The notes under the pieces: model-generated
Told to the model about the DNA's origin: nothing
Seen by the model: the letters and a program-made list of their open reading frames with translations, nothing else
The model's database searches: none
Position numbers and translations under genes: made by a program
Shown here: piece after piece, positions 15,119 to 32,690 of the stretch
How the letters are laid out: each line of letters begins with the position of its first letter
Numbering within the stretch: the stretch's first letter is position 1
Origin: the human T2T-CHM13v2.0 reference genome, Homo sapiens
Assembly (NCBI RefSeq): GCF_009914755.1
Contig: NC_060931.1
DNA: 64,000 nucleotides
Reading direction: 5' to 3' (one strand)

Positions 15119-16949
15119 TAGTGTACCCTATTCCTTTAAAAGCCAGGGTAAATTTAAAACGTATAATTGATAATTGAAGGTCTTCTCCATGACCCTATAA
15201 CACTCCAATACCACCTTGTCATCAGTGTAAACAAGGGCATGGCCTGAAAGCACTGAGGCCACTGACAACCTATAGCCTTCGTAATCAAAAATCCTTAACC
15301 CAGTAATCCACGGATGGCCCAAATGCATTCAATCTGTCGCAGCAACTGCTTTGCTAACAGAAGAAAGTAGAAGAATAACTTTTAGAGGAAACCTCATTTT
15401 GAGCACACCTCATCAGGACAGAACTATCCTAAGTTAAAAAAAGAAAAATAGCAAAAAGGTAGCTTACTAACTCAAGAACCTTAAAGTATGAGGCTATTCT
15501 GTTAGAAAAAGATGATTTAATAGTAACCACTGAAAATTCCCTTAACCCAGCAGGTTTCCTAACAGGCGATCTAAATCTTAATTAATTACTATACAAAGGT
15601 CCGACCCGACCTTGGGGGAACTCCCTTCAGTACAGTACGATAGATAGTTCCTCCCGGGTGATTGAGGGAAAAAGACACAATGGGTATTCAGTAAGTGATA
15701 AGGAAACTCTCGTAGAAAAAGTTAGGAAAATTGCCTAATAAATGGTCTGCTCAAACCTGCGAGCTGTTTGCACTCAACCAAGCCTAAAAGTACTTAACAG
15801 AATCAGGAAGGAGCCATCTATACCAATTCTAAGTTAATATGGACTGAATGAGGTCTTATTAATGGCAAAGAATAATTGAATTCCCAAACTTACAAGGTTT
15901 TCAACAAAAGTAAAGTTTGCTAAAAGTTAATAGTGTAACATGTACTATCCTAACTTCTAATTTTGTGGCCTTAGGCAGTCTAATCCACAGACCTAAAGGA
16001 AGTTTGCTTTGGAAAAGAATGGTTATCATTTTTGGGAAAAAAAAAAAAAAAAAAAAAAAAGCAGGGGGTGGGGCAGCGGAGAATTTATGTAGAAAGAATG
16101 TTATATGGTAAATTCTTGTTCTAAAATAACTGGTTGTTTAAAGAAAGGGATGTTTGCAACAAGTCAGAAAGTTGAGACATGTTGAGGAATTGTCTGTGAA
16201 AGTCATGAAAAAAATGTTATAAAAGGGAATTTATGCGAGAAATGTTGTATAATTTAAAAGCAATTAGGCCTCCTGAATGTAAAACTATTGAAGAAACAGT
16301 TTATGTGCAAGGTGTGTAAGGAAAGTAAAATATACTTTTGGTAAAAGGATTATAAGGAAGCATAAGAATTTGGATTTTTACCTACATTAAAAGGTTAAAA
16401 AATATTTTATTAAAAGATTTAAGTAAGTTTTGAAACATTAATTGTAAAGGAAATTCTGTGTGTAAACATATTGGCTACAGTTAAAGGGGTATCATCCAGT
16501 TTTTCTGTGAACTGGACATTAAAAGCACAACTGGTTTTTCTTAAAGCACTAACCTGCTCTTTAACAAAAATTATAAAAAGTTAAAAAGAGTATAAAAATC
16601 TTACCTTATGGTCAGAAATTAAAGTTGGATAAATATGTCTACAAGGTTTTATTAAAATTAAGTTTAACATTAACAACACGCTAAAGGTGAAATTTAGCTT
16701 ATCTGGTATAACAATCATACAGGAAGCATTGTGAAATATAAAATGGTGTTTGGCTTTCTTTGTCTAAAAACTAATAAAAATAGGTGCTAAAGAAAATTTC
16801 TCAGCAAGAAGGCACCAAGAACAATAAAGTCCACTGCTGATGTCCCCACATTTAAAACAAAAGATCAGTTTCTTAGAAATTATATACTTGTTTTATCCTC
16901 CACATTCTTTTCCCTTAAAACAAGAGGTCTTTTAGCACAGGCACCGACT

Positions 16950-17125
16950 TTGGAGTTTCCAGTACATCAGCATCGGCCTGGGGATCACATTTTCATCAAA
17001 GGGTGGGAAGAAGGGAAACTTGAGCCAGCCTGGGAAGGACCTACCTTGTGCTACTAACCACCGAGACTGCTGTTCGTACAGTGGAAAAGGATGGACACAT
17101 CACACCTGAGTCAAGCAAGTGCCAT
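16950..17125 (+). pseudogene. Retroviral integrase C-terminal (GPY/F) remnant
   Basis: Reads, with frameshifts, LEFPVHQHRPGDHIFIKGWEEGKLEPAWEG-YLVLLTTETAVRT. Confidence 0.75.
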
Positions 17126-17287
17126 TATTATCAGAATCATGGGCCATTATTCCTGGATCAAGCCCTACCAAATTAAAGCTAAGGGAAGCTTAGTCTATCT
17201 ATCTTTTCCTTTCCTTTCCTTACCCGGTGCTTACATCCGTTACTATTCCTAACCCTAGCAACTCTAACCCCACTTTAGAGCATTTCT

Positions 17288-18756
17288 GTGTTAGGAGCAG
17301 AAGTCACTGGAAAAGATCCTATAGGCTTCTTTAAGGTGTGCTTTGTTCTCCCTTCTCCACCTCCTACAGCTGCCCCTTTTCCAAACCTACGAAGTCAAAC
17401 TATGACTCGCCTTATGCCAAGTGACAAAAGCAAGGTCTCAGTAGTAAAAATAGGAAACCTAAGGCAAACCATAGCCATTGAAACGGGGTATAAAGCCGTA
17501 AATGCCTGGTTAAAATGGATTAAATATTCCGTCCATACGTTAAACAAAGGCAATTGTTATGCTTGTGTGCACAGCAGGCCAGAGGCCCAGATTGTCCCCT
17601 TTCCACTAGGGTGGTCCTCCAGTCGACCGGGTGTGGGCTGCACGGTAGCTCTTTTCCAGGATTCTGCAGCCTGAGGTAACAAGTTGTGCCAAGCTCTCTG
17701 TCTGCTATATCCCAAAGTTTGACACCCTGAGGGTCAGCCCCCGAGGGCTATCCAGCTTCCGTCTCTCAACACTAAGTTCATTTTATGTCCCTCACGACAG
17801 GGAGGCAACTTAGTGTTCCTTGGAGACCTGAAGGGATGCAGTGACCTTAAGAATTTTCAGGAGCTTACCAATCAATCAGCCTTTATTCATCCCTGAGCAG
17901 ATGTGTACTGGTATTATGGCGGACCTTGACTGGACACTCTGCCAAGTAACTGAAGTGGCACTTGTGCTTTAGTCCAATTGGTTCACCCTTGCATTTCATC
18001 AGTCAGAGAAAGGAAAAATAAGACATCGTAAAGCAAAAGAAGCCCCTTATGTGTCTTTGTCTTTCGACTCTCAAGTCTATTTAGACACAATTAGAGTCCC
18101 ATGGGGAATACCAGATCAATTTAAAGCCCGAAATCAAACACCTGCAGGATTTGAGTCAATATTTTGGTGGGTGACAATTAATAAAATGTAGATTAGATAA
18201 ACTACATCTATTAAAACCAACAGCGATCTGTTAACTACACTAGAAATGCTGTTAAAGGAATAGCTGAGCAATTAGGGGCTACTAGCCAGATGGCTTGGAA
18301 AAAATAGGATAGCCTTAGACATGATATTTGCAAAAAAAGGAGGAGTTTGCATCATAATTAAAACTCAATGTTGTATCTTCATCCCAGACAACACCGCCCC
18401 GATGGAAGTATAACAAAGACATTGCAAGGTCTGACTGCTCTGTCCAATGAGTTAGCCAACAACTCAGGGTAAATGACCTCTTTACAGGATGGCTAGAACA
18501 ATGGTTCAGTAAATGGAAAAGAATAATAGCCTCAATTCTTACTTCACTCACAGTCTTAATGGGTGTACTTATTCTTGTCGGGTGCTATGTCACACCATGC
18601 ATCTGTGGGTTGGTGCAGAGGCTCAAAAGAATGGCACTTACTAAAACCTCCCTTAGCTATCCTCCACCTTATCCAGAGAAGCTTCTTCTTTTGGAAAATC
18701 AAGCAGAACAACTAAGCCAAGACATGTTAAAGAAGTTTGAAGAGAAAGAACTGTAA
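17288..18756 (+). pseudogene. Disrupted env (SU and TM)
   Basis: CYAC motif in ORF 17288-17674; TM with frameshifted immunosuppressive domain (NR)IALDMIFAKKGGVC, CX6CC motif CIIIKTQCC, membrane anchor and tail in 18559-18756; several stops. Confidence 0.85.
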
Positions 18757-18777
18757 GGAAGATGCAAGAGGAGGGAA

Positions 18778-18972
18778 TGTTAGATATGAGTTCTAAATTT
18801 CTCTTCAAAGAATCAATATGTCAGTATGTTCAATTCTTTGCCTTCTACTTTTAAACTTTATTTCCTCATAAAGCAACATTTTTCAGTTACCTGCTCCACC
18901 CTGACTCATTCCGATTACCTGCTCCTCCCTGACTCATTCTGATTACTTGCTCTGTCCCAACTCATTCTGACC
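18778..18972 (+). mobile_element. 3' LTR (LTR10-like), truncated inside the tandem repeat
   Basis: Near-identical to 13593-13790; TGACTCA at 18902 and 18930; homology lost after ~18970. Confidence 0.88.
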
Positions 18973-19338
18973 ACAGAATGACAGAGAAATGATGTTAGCT
19001 TTCTAAAGCTCTAAGGAGGAGTTCAGGAGCATATTTGCCTATTATCAGAACCTAGAGTAATTAGTATTTAAGTTTCTTTTTTTAGTATAGGACAGTCCCT
19101 TTTGCAATGTCCTGACCTTCTACTACATTATCTACAAGCATTTTGAGATGAATTTTGAGATTGGTAAGAAACATAGGTGGGCTTTGCATTACCTCTAGAG
19201 CTGCATTTCTGTTTTTGTAAAGACTCAATTAGTAAGACAAGAACTGTTGTTTTTAACTCTTGAAAGAATTGGTTGACAAAATCAATGATAACCTTGCCTG
19301 TCCATCCAACTACACACTACAGATGGTCCCTGACTTAC

Positions 19339-19927
19339 TGTTGATGGCTGTTGTGAATCCTAGGTTCTTGTCTTCTTAGTTTAAAAGAATTTCAACAAAA
19401 GACACACAGCAAGGGAGATATTGCATAGAGCAATTTATTGCAAAGGAGAAAGAATACTCTGAAAGTTAGGTTCAGAATAGACAGTATACCCTAAGAGGCA
19501 ATTCAGAGGGGACTGCTCATGAGGATGAGACAGCATTGACCATTACTAAGGAAACTCCCTTTATGGAGGCTTACATGATTATTCATAAGGGGGTGGGAAG
19601 AGGTTGCTAGGAAGCATGTTTTGGGTGGTCCTCTGGGTGCACATGCACAGTAGCTGTACATGCTTGTTTATACATCACATGTCTCATTAATATTTTAAAG
19701 CTCCACCCAGGGGTGTGATTTTTACTGTTATAATAAGCAAAGGGTCAGTCTGATGACTGGTCAAATCACAATGCACATGCTCTCTACAGGGGAGGTTTCC
19801 TACTGGAGATAGTTTTGCTTGAATGAGCTTGACTACAATGCAAACACTGGGCTTATTGGGGCGGCATTGTTGCTGAATCCTGAGGACATAGTTACTTTCT
19901 TGACTACCTGGTTACTATCCTGCCTCA
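19339..19927 (-). mobile_element. ERV1 solo LTR (MER66-like)
   Basis: TG...CA, TSD TTAC (19335-38, 19928-31). Confidence 0.78.
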
Positions 19928-20128
19928 TTACAATGTTTCCATTTCGGATTTTTCAACTGTATGATGGTGTGAAAGTCATACAGTCAGTGGAAACTGTACT
20001 TCAAGTGTTGAATGATCTTTTTCAGGGCTAGCAATATGCTACTCTTGTGGTGTAGGGCATCAACAGCAAGTGTCAGCACCCAGTCGGTCACACAATCACA
20101 AGGATGACCACAACTGATACTCCACAGG

Positions 20129-20903
<775 letters not shown>

Positions 20904-21205
20904 TAAGGTACTTTGTTGACAGATGATTTTGCCCAACTGTAGGCTTATGTAAGTGTTCTGAACGTGATTAAGGTAGGCGAGGCTAGGCTTTGATGTTCAT
21001 ATGATGATAGTGTTAGGTATATTAAATGCATTTTTGACTTAGGATATTTTCCACTTATAGTGAATTTGAGACGTAACCCCATTGTAAGTTGAGGAGCATC
21101 TGTATTTTGCTTTTGTCTTTTGAGAGAAGATTGCAAACTAAGGCAGAAATTAAGCAATTCCTATGTTCTGGAACCTGTGGATTTACTGCAATGTACCTTT
21201 AGAAT

Positions 21206-21918
21206 TGCGCCAGTGGAGAATTTGTATCCATATGGGGTCTGCAGCAACCTCAATTCTTGCCTCCCCAGAAGAAAGAATTTGACTGAGGGACGTAAGTCAG
21301 GAAGAGAGACTGAGGCAAGTTTTAGAAAAGGAGTGAAAGTTTATTGAAAAGCTTAAAGCAGGAATGAAAGGATGTAAAGTACAATTGTAAGAGGGCCAAG
21401 GGGGTGACTTGAGAGACCAAGTGCATAGCTTGACCTTTTGACTTGGGGTTTTGTACACTGGCATACTCCTGGGGTCTTGCATCCCTTCTCCCCTGATTCT
21501 TCCTTTGGGGGTAAGCTGTCCACATGTGCAGTGGGTGGCCTGCCAGCACTTGGGAGGGGAGCATGTACAGTGTGTTTACTGGAGTCGTATGCATGCTCAC
21601 TTGGGGCATTCTTCCCTTACCAGCAAATGCTCCTAGAAGGTCATATACCAGTTAAACTCCACCATTTTGCCTCTTAATGTGCATGTGTGAGCCCACTTGC
21701 CCAATTCCTGAGATCTTATTGGGAAGCTGCTGATCACTAGTTTCAGATTTTTTCTGACTATAGGGAGGCTGCCTTTCCCTGGCGCTGGCTACGGGCCAGT
21801 CATTATTGTAGAGTCAGTTAACAACTGCCTAACCATCACCTGATGGTTGCCTGACATTCCTGGTCAGGCAGAGCCCTCTCTCACCCTGCTCATGCCTGAC
21901 TAGCTACCTACTGTAACA
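21206..21918 (-). mobile_element. ERV1 solo LTR (MER50-like)
   Basis: ends gcctgactagctacctactgtaaca; TSD GAAT. Confidence 0.8.
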
Positions 21919-21935
21919 GAATGTTTTTATAAATT

Positions 21936-22235
21936 GGCTGGGTGCGGTGGCTCACACCTATAATCCCAGCACTTTGGGAGGCTGAGGCAGGTAGATCGCT
22001 TGAGCTCAGGTGTCAAGTCCAGCCTGGGCAACATAGTGACACGCTATATCTACAAAAAAAAATACAAAAATAGCCAGGCATGGTGGTGCACTCCTGTAGT
22101 CCCAGTTATTTGGAGGGATGAAGTGGGAAGATCACTTGAGCCCAGGAGGTTGAGGCTTCAGGGAGCCATGTTCATGTTACAGTATTCTAGCCTGGGTAAG
22201 AAAGTGAGACCGTCTCAAGAAAAAAAAAAAAAAAA
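21936..22235 (+). mobile_element. AluJ-like
   Basis: TSD AGAATGTTTTT(A/G)TAAATT. Confidence 0.9.
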
Positions 22236-22286
22236 AGAATGTTTTTGTAAATTGTTGAATGAAGTCTTTAGGTTGTTCACCTTCTT

Positions 22287-22707
22287 CTCCTCCTCCTCCT
22301 CTTCTTCTTCTTTTCTTCTATTCTTCATCTCCCCCTCCCCCTCCCTCTCTTCCTCCTCTTCCTTCTTATTCTTATTCTTCTTCCTTCTCCTCTTCTTTTT
22401 TTGAGACAGGGTCTCACTCTGTTGCCCTGGATGGAGTGCAATGGCAAAATCACTGTTCACTGCAATCTTGACCTCCTGGGCTCACGCAATCCTCTCACCT
22501 CAGGCACACAAGTAGCTGGGACTACAGGTATGTAGGAGGTGAGTGGTACAGGTATGTACCACTACTCCTGGAAGATTTTTTATTTTTTTTGTAGAGACAG
22601 GGTCACTATGTTGCCTAGGCTGGTCTCAAACTCCTGGGATCAAGTAATCCTCCTGCCTCAGCATCCCAATGTGCTGGGATTACAGGCATGAACCACCACA
22701 CTCAGCT
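22287..22707 (-). mobile_element. AluJ-like with expanded CT-rich tail
   Basis: Tail ~22287-22400 is (CTT/CCT)n; TSD TGTTCACCTTCTT. Confidence 0.88.
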
Positions 22708-22724
22708 TGATGTTCACCTTCTTT

Positions 22725-25159
<2,435 letters not shown>

Positions 25160-25688
25160 TGTCAAGGAGGGGAAAATGTTTTTTGCCACCCTCTTAGATC
25201 AGTGACTCAGGGCCTATGAACTAAACTAACAAAAGACAGGTTAACAGGAGTAAAGACACACTTATTTTATAATATTTACCTGCATGAGAGTTCATAAAAA
25301 AGAACTAAAAGAAACAGTTAAACTCAGGGACTTGCATACCATTATGACAAAGGGAAAGGGAGTTGGGCTTTAAAACCCAATAATAAATCATGGGGAAGTG
25401 ATTAGGAAATATATGGGAGAACTGATGGAGAATAAGATTATTTTAGTAAAGTCTGTTGATGCAAACTCATCTTAGTGTTAATTCTCCATCTCCAGTGATG
25501 AGCTACTCTCCTCTTCCTGGTACAGGAAAGGGAAACAGCACAAGAGAAAATTTATGTGCTGCTTTTAGGCAGATAAGGGAAGAGCAGAGAAGTCCTCCTG
25601 CATCTGTTGATTTTCAGTTGCCTTCAATTCAAAATAATTCTTATACCAAAGTGGCAAATTTTGGTGTGGCATATCCTGATCCCCTTCA
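25160..25688 (-). mobile_element. 5' LTR of the minus-strand provirus (MER34-like)
   Basis: TG...CA; reverse complement begins TGAAGGGGATCAGGATATGCCACACCAAAA; adjacent PBS. Confidence 0.75.
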
Positions 25689-26164
25689 GCCTCAAAAGAC
25701 ACCAGATAAACAATTAGATGGCTACCAAGCACTTAGGCAATTCTACTTTTATGGCATGCTCACCATAGTCTCACAAATGCTGTTAGCATCAACTGTGAGC
25801 CTCCTTAAAAATGTAGACTAATAAGCCTTCTTCCTAACCCATCTCTCCAGATTCTGATCTGCATTGTCAATTTAGTTATGCAACTTAAGTTGTGTTAAAA
25901 CTCTGTTAGTGTATCCTTAGGCACATGCATATAATAAAACAAATATAACTTTCTTACAAATAACATTGACCAGATTTCAGTGAGACCTGGGTATGGTATG
26001 CCTTGAAAGTAAACCAAATCCTTTTCCCTAATGTGAAAGAAATTGCTAGGCATCCTGCTGTTTTGCTTCAACCAATTCTGGAAGTTGAGGTTATAAACAG
26101 AACCAAGCAGCATTCTGGGAATTGGCTGTCGAGTTATGATCTTACTAATTATCACTTACTGGGG

Positions 26165-26548
26165 TAGTGCTTTTCAAATTTTAAGAAATATTAACATCCC
26201 TTGGGGAACTCCTAAAAATCCTGATGCCTAGGTTGCACTCCGGAAAAATGAAGTCAGGATCTTTTGGGGTGAGACCCATGCAGCTGTATTTTTAGAAAAC
26301 TCCTCAGGGGATTCCAAAATTCAGCCAAGTTTGAGAATCAGTGTACTACAGTCATAATTCTCAACCCTGGCTGCATATTAGGATTACCTAGGGAAAGTGT
26401 ACAAACTAAACTACAACAACCTGGAGATTCACTTCCAGAGAATCTCATTTAATTAATCTGGCACCAACATTTCTGTAAAAGTTACTCTGTTATACAATGT
26501 TACCCAGGATGTTCAATGTCTCAGCCTGGGTTGAAGGTAAAGGCACTA
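26165..26548. mobile_element. Two adjacent hAT-Charlie MITE remnants (MER5-like)
   Basis: agtgcttttcaaa...ccaagtttgagaatcagtg; ttctcaaccctggctgcatattagg...cagcctgggttga. Confidence 0.6.
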
Positions 26549-26604
26549 CAGTCACAATTCAAAGTGAAAATGAGGGAGAGTGGTGAGGAGAAAAGCTTAT
26601 TGTC

Positions 26605-26752
26605 TTTATTTATTTATTTATTTATTTATTTTTGTAGAAACAACTTCTCATTATTTTGCCTATGCTGGTCTCAAACTCCTGGCCTCAAGGGATCCTTTCA
26701 CCTCAGCCTCCCAAAGTGCTGGAATTACAGGTGTGAGCCACTGAGCCTGGCC
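26605..26752 (-). mobile_element. Alu left monomer (FLAM/AluJ-like)
   Basis: (TTTA)n tail then ctcaaactcctggcctcaag...gagcctggcc. Confidence 0.85.
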
Positions 26753-27130
26753 TGCATTCAGATTTGAAACAGAGAAGAAGAAATGGTAAAGAGGAGGATC
26801 AAACTTAGAGTTTCAGAGTGGGAATGAGGCTAATTTATATCAAATGATCCACCACAGGCACCATAATATAAATGTGAGCTAACATTATAAGCACCCTAAT
26901 ACTGAATACACAGTTCAGGGATAGGTAGTTTCAATTTGAAAGACCAAGTAATTCCGTAATCCAGGCTTTAGAGAGGTAGCTGTTCCAATTACTATCAACA
27001 CCAGGTGCATTTTAAAATACAAAAAATGTTAGAAATTGTTCATTGGTGTTCAAGATATATGTGTGACTAAGAAGACTGTATAGGCCCTCCTACCCCTGAA
27101 TGAACAGGGTATAAAAATTTACCAAGACTA

Positions 27131-27742
<612 letters not shown>

Positions 27743-28289
27743 TAATTTACCAAGATCAGTGGTTTAATACCCTTGATAGACAAAGTGAAATCTAAACTAG
27801 CAGCACCAGCAACAGGAGGAATTTTGTTAGAAACTGAGAATCTCAGATTCACCCCAGACCTATTCCAGATTAGTATTTTTAAAAGATTTACATTTCAACA
27901 AGATTTGAATGCGCTTTAAAGTTTGAAATGCACTGAGTGGTACACCACATGTAATATTTGAACTGTCCTGTATTCAATTACATAGCTTAAAATTTCCTCC
28001 TCTGACTCCTAAAACGTTCGTTGGATCCTGCTGCTATAATATTACACAGTATTTCCAAATAAATTTTCATACAAGGAGCTTGTTGGAGTGCCTAAAAGAA
28101 GAGATAATTAGGACTTGTTTGAGCTTATAGAACAACTTGAGCCTGCTTGCTAATAAGTGTATGTAAGTGTGGTAAAATTTAGTCCAGGAGTTCCTTAATT
28201 GTAATACATATCACCTAATAGTGAGATTGTACTAGCCTTTACCTCCAAATATTAGTGGCTAGCACATATAGGTAGAAAAAAAAACCCTA

Positions 28290-28937
<648 letters not shown>

Positions 28938-29332
28938 AAATAACTAAATATGAAAAGTGAAACCATTGTGTTAAAAAACAGATAATGTAGGAGAATATCT
29001 TTGTGATATAAAGATAAGGAATCAGTTCATTAAGAAAATCCAAAAAGCAAAAGTTACAAGGCAAGAAAAAAAAAAAGAAGATCATGAGTACATAAAAATT
29101 AAGCATCAACATGAGCAAAGTTAGAGACATGACAGACTGGGATATGTGATATTAGCAGTGCTTAAAACCTAAAAGAGATCAATATGTAATACATGAGGAG
29201 TTCTTGCATATCAGCAAGGAAAATGCATGAACCCTAATAAAAACAGGCCAAGATTTTTACCTAAGATGTTTAGTATAACCTGAGATCTGGTCCCAAGAGT
29301 TAACCACTTGCCTTTAATTGATGAGGCCCACT

Positions 29333-29625
<293 letters not shown>

Positions 29626-29883
29626 GAGGCCCACTAATATTTTTTAAAAAGAATCCGACTATTATTGAACTGCCAACACTGTTTAGTTGGCAACAAAAGC
29701 AAAAGTTTCCATGACTGAAACACTAGATTGGAAAGTTTTGACAATGGAGAGGAGAAAGTCAGGAACACGAAGCACTGCATTGAGAGATTCTACTAGGGAA
29801 AGGAAATGTTTGTGACCAGAAGAAAACAATGTCTCTGGCACCTTGGGAATTGAGGAGCATTAAAAGAACCAGGGAGCTATCTA

Positions 29884-30365
29884 TGTAGATGAACACAAAA
29901 TACAATTTGCCATCTGGCTGGCTTTTGACTGCTCCTCACCCCTTGCAGGGTCCCCCAGTTATCCCCTATCCCCCACACTTCCCCATTTCTTTCTATGTCC
30001 ACACCAAAAATCACAGAGTGCCTACATCACTTTGTGACCCTGCCAGTTGCAGATTTTTTTCCCAGAAGGCTTGAACCCAAACCTTGAGTATTCCCAGACA
30101 CTGATAAAAGTATCTAGGTTTACTAGAAATAAATTGGCAGCAGCCCTAAGCCAAATCTGTTAAGCCTTCATATAAACTCCATACCCTGACCCCCTCACTG
30201 TAGACATACCTAGGTAGGATATCCCTTTTCTCTTGCTGTCCAACTCGAGGATTGCTGGAGCCTGCTTGGTAGGTAAGTTTCCCAAATGAATGCTTTGGAC
30301 TGATCATACTGGCATTTACGGCTTCTTTTTTTTTGAATCCCAACTGGCCCTGTTTGACGATTTGG
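29884..30365 (+). mobile_element. Old ERV LTR remnant, family uncertain
   Basis: LTR-like layout (tataaa ~30171; ending ttgaatcccaactggccc). Confidence 0.45.
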
Positions 30366-31259
30366 GACATTCCCCAGTGGGTACTCCCTTGCTTCTGCTT
30401 TTAGGACAACTCCAGCCACAGGTTTATCAGGACAAAAAGCACCCCTTCTACTCAGCAACTTCAAACTTTCAGAAGCTATTGCACTTACAAACCCAGAAAA
30501 CCACAACCAAAATTGTGCACACACATGTGTTTGAATTTGTGTGATTGATCACTTATGTGGGTTTAGTATAACCACTCATGATATACTTTGCTTTATGTAA
30601 TAAACATAGTCCCAAGGAGATAATGCTAAATTAAGTGTCCCAATGAAATATTTTTATTGTCAATGAACTAAATAATACCTCAATAAACTGTGATTTTTTT
30701 ATTAAATCATTCCCAGAAAGAATGGTTTAAGAGCCACCAGTATGAGTTGTAAATAATCATTTGAGGCAGATATTTGCTAATATTTGGTAATGATCTTACA
30801 TGGACGATCAAATGAATATAGCTAGAGATATATTTTGCAACCAGTTTATCTTGGAGGGTTCACTAGAATATATTTCAAAGTCACACATTTTGTGGGAGCT
30901 TTTGAGTTATTTTATGTATCATCTTTAAAAATTCCCCAGGCAAAAATAATTATGGCAAAGTTCTGTTGCTCTCCGGAGCAGGACTTGGCAGTCTCCCTCA
31001 TTCGTTTCTCTAAGTACTAAGAAGACCTAGAATTGCTTGTGGAAGAAAATGTTGGCTTTGCCCACAAATAGGCCCTGGGTCCATCTCTGTTGGAAGTTGT
31101 ATTAGTCCATTTTCATGCTGCTGATAAAGACAACCCCAAGACTGGGCAAATTACAAAAGAAAGAGATTTAATGGACTTACAGTTCCATGTGGCTGGGGAG
31201 CCCTCACAATCACGGCAAAAAGTGAAAGGCACGTCTCACATGGCAGGAGACAAGAGAAC

Positions 31260-31559
31260 AGCTGGGTGCAGTGGCTCATACCTGCAATCACAGCATTTTG
31301 GGAGGCCAAGGCAGGCAGATCACTTGAGGTCAGGAATTCGAAACCAGCCTGGCCAACATGGTGAAACCCTGTCTCTACTAAACATACAATAATTAGCTTG
31401 GCGTGGTGGTGCATGCCTGTAATCCCAGCTACTCAGGAGGCTGAGGCAGGAGAATCGCTTCAACCTGGGAGGCGGAGGTTGCAGTGGGCTGAGATCATAC
31501 TATTGCACTCCAGGCTGGAGTACAAGAGCAAAACTCTGTCTCAAAAAAAAAAAAAAAAA
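31260..31559 (+). mobile_element. Alu (AluS-like)
   Basis: Full dimer with poly-A tail. Confidence 0.93.
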
Positions 31560-31587
31560 GAGCTTGTGCAGGGAGACTCCCATTTTT

Positions 31588-31943
31588 GCTTTTTTGTTGT
31601 TGTTGGTTTTTTGTTTTTGTTTTGTTGTTTTTTTTTTTGTTTTTTTTTTTTTTTTTTGAGGTGGAGTCTTGCTCTGTCACCTAGCCTGGAGTGCAGTAGT
31701 GCGTTCTTGGCTCACAGCAACCTCCTTCTGCCCCTACATTCAAGCAATTCTCCTGCCTCAGCCTCCCTAGTAACTGGGATTACGGGTGTGGGCTACCATG
31801 TCCAGCTAATTTTTGTACTTTTAGTAGAGATAGCGTTTCACCATGTTGGCCAGGCTGGTCTTGAACTCCTGACCTCAAGGGATCTGCCCACCTCGGCCTC
31901 CCAAAGTGCTGAGATTACAGGGGAGAGCCACGGTGCCCGGCCA
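31588..31943 (-). mobile_element. Alu (AluS-like) with long T/GT-rich tail
   Basis: TSD AGACTCCCATTTTT. Confidence 0.93.
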
Positions 31944-32406
31944 AGACTCCCATTTTTAAGACCATCAGATCTCGTGAGACTCATTCACTATCACAAGAAC
32001 AGCATGGGAAAAACATGCCCCCATGATTCAATTACCTCCCCCCGGGTCCCTCCCACAACACATGGGAATTCAAGATGAGATTTGGGTGAGAACACAGCCA
32101 AATCATTACAGATATGGAGTGGCCTTCTATTAAAACATGTGCCTCCTTGACAGCTTTAATTTTTTTAAGAAGGAATCTTCCAACTTTGACAATTAGTTGA
32201 TTGTCACAGCACATCTGCCCTTTCTTTTTTTTTGGCAAAACAGAATATATTCATTCCAGATTCCTACCAAAGAGTATGTCCCTAGATTGCTGATTACCCA
32301 ATTCTTATAAGCCCTATAGGAGAAAAAATACAAATTTCTTGGAGAATTGATAGAAATATTTAAAGTCCATTTCTCCTTTTGCATTAATTATACTTTTTTA
32401 TTTTTT

Positions 32407-32690
32407 GTAGTTTTAATGCTTTTACATCTGGGGCCTCGCTGAACCTGGAGGGACCACCCCTCCCAGAGCTAGTCAGTTCCAGGGAGAGCACCCTTCAAAT
32501 GTAAACCAATTTATCCAGAGCCCATGCCCACTACCACCTCCTTTATGAGGCTCTCAGGGAGCTCTCACACTCTGAGTTACTGTTCCTTTCCATAATCACC
32601 CCAGGACCAGGTACCTGAAAACTAGAGACAACCTCTACACCCTAGAGCCTGCCGAAATTATTCAAACTAGTCAAACCTGAATAATAATAA
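32407..32690 (+). mobile_element. Old ERVL-type LTR fragment (MER74/MER54-like)
   Basis: acatctggggcctcgctgaacctggagggaccacccctcccagagctag. Confidence 0.5.

Larger units (their letters stand above)
13593..18972 (+). mobile_element. HERV-I/HERVIP10-type provirus (LTR10A/F-like LTRs), internally deleted
   Basis: Matching LTR starts TGTTAGATATGAGTTCTAAATTTCTCTTCAAA at 13593 and 18778; polypurine tract AAGAGGAGGGAA at 18766-18777; integrase C-terminus and env remnants; no gag/RT recognised. Confidence 0.88.
31098..32110 (-). mobile_element. THE1 LTR interrupted by two Alus
   Basis: TGTATTAGTCCATTTTCATGCTGCTGATAAAGAC...cacagccaaatcattaca. Confidence 0.88.

Noticed and set aside
17288-18756. Possible co-opted env (syncytin-like) gene
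   Set aside because: Multiple stops and frameshifts, including inside the immunosuppressive domain; no intact ORF
31398-32078. 226-aa ORF
   Set aside because: Made entirely of Alu and THE1 sequence
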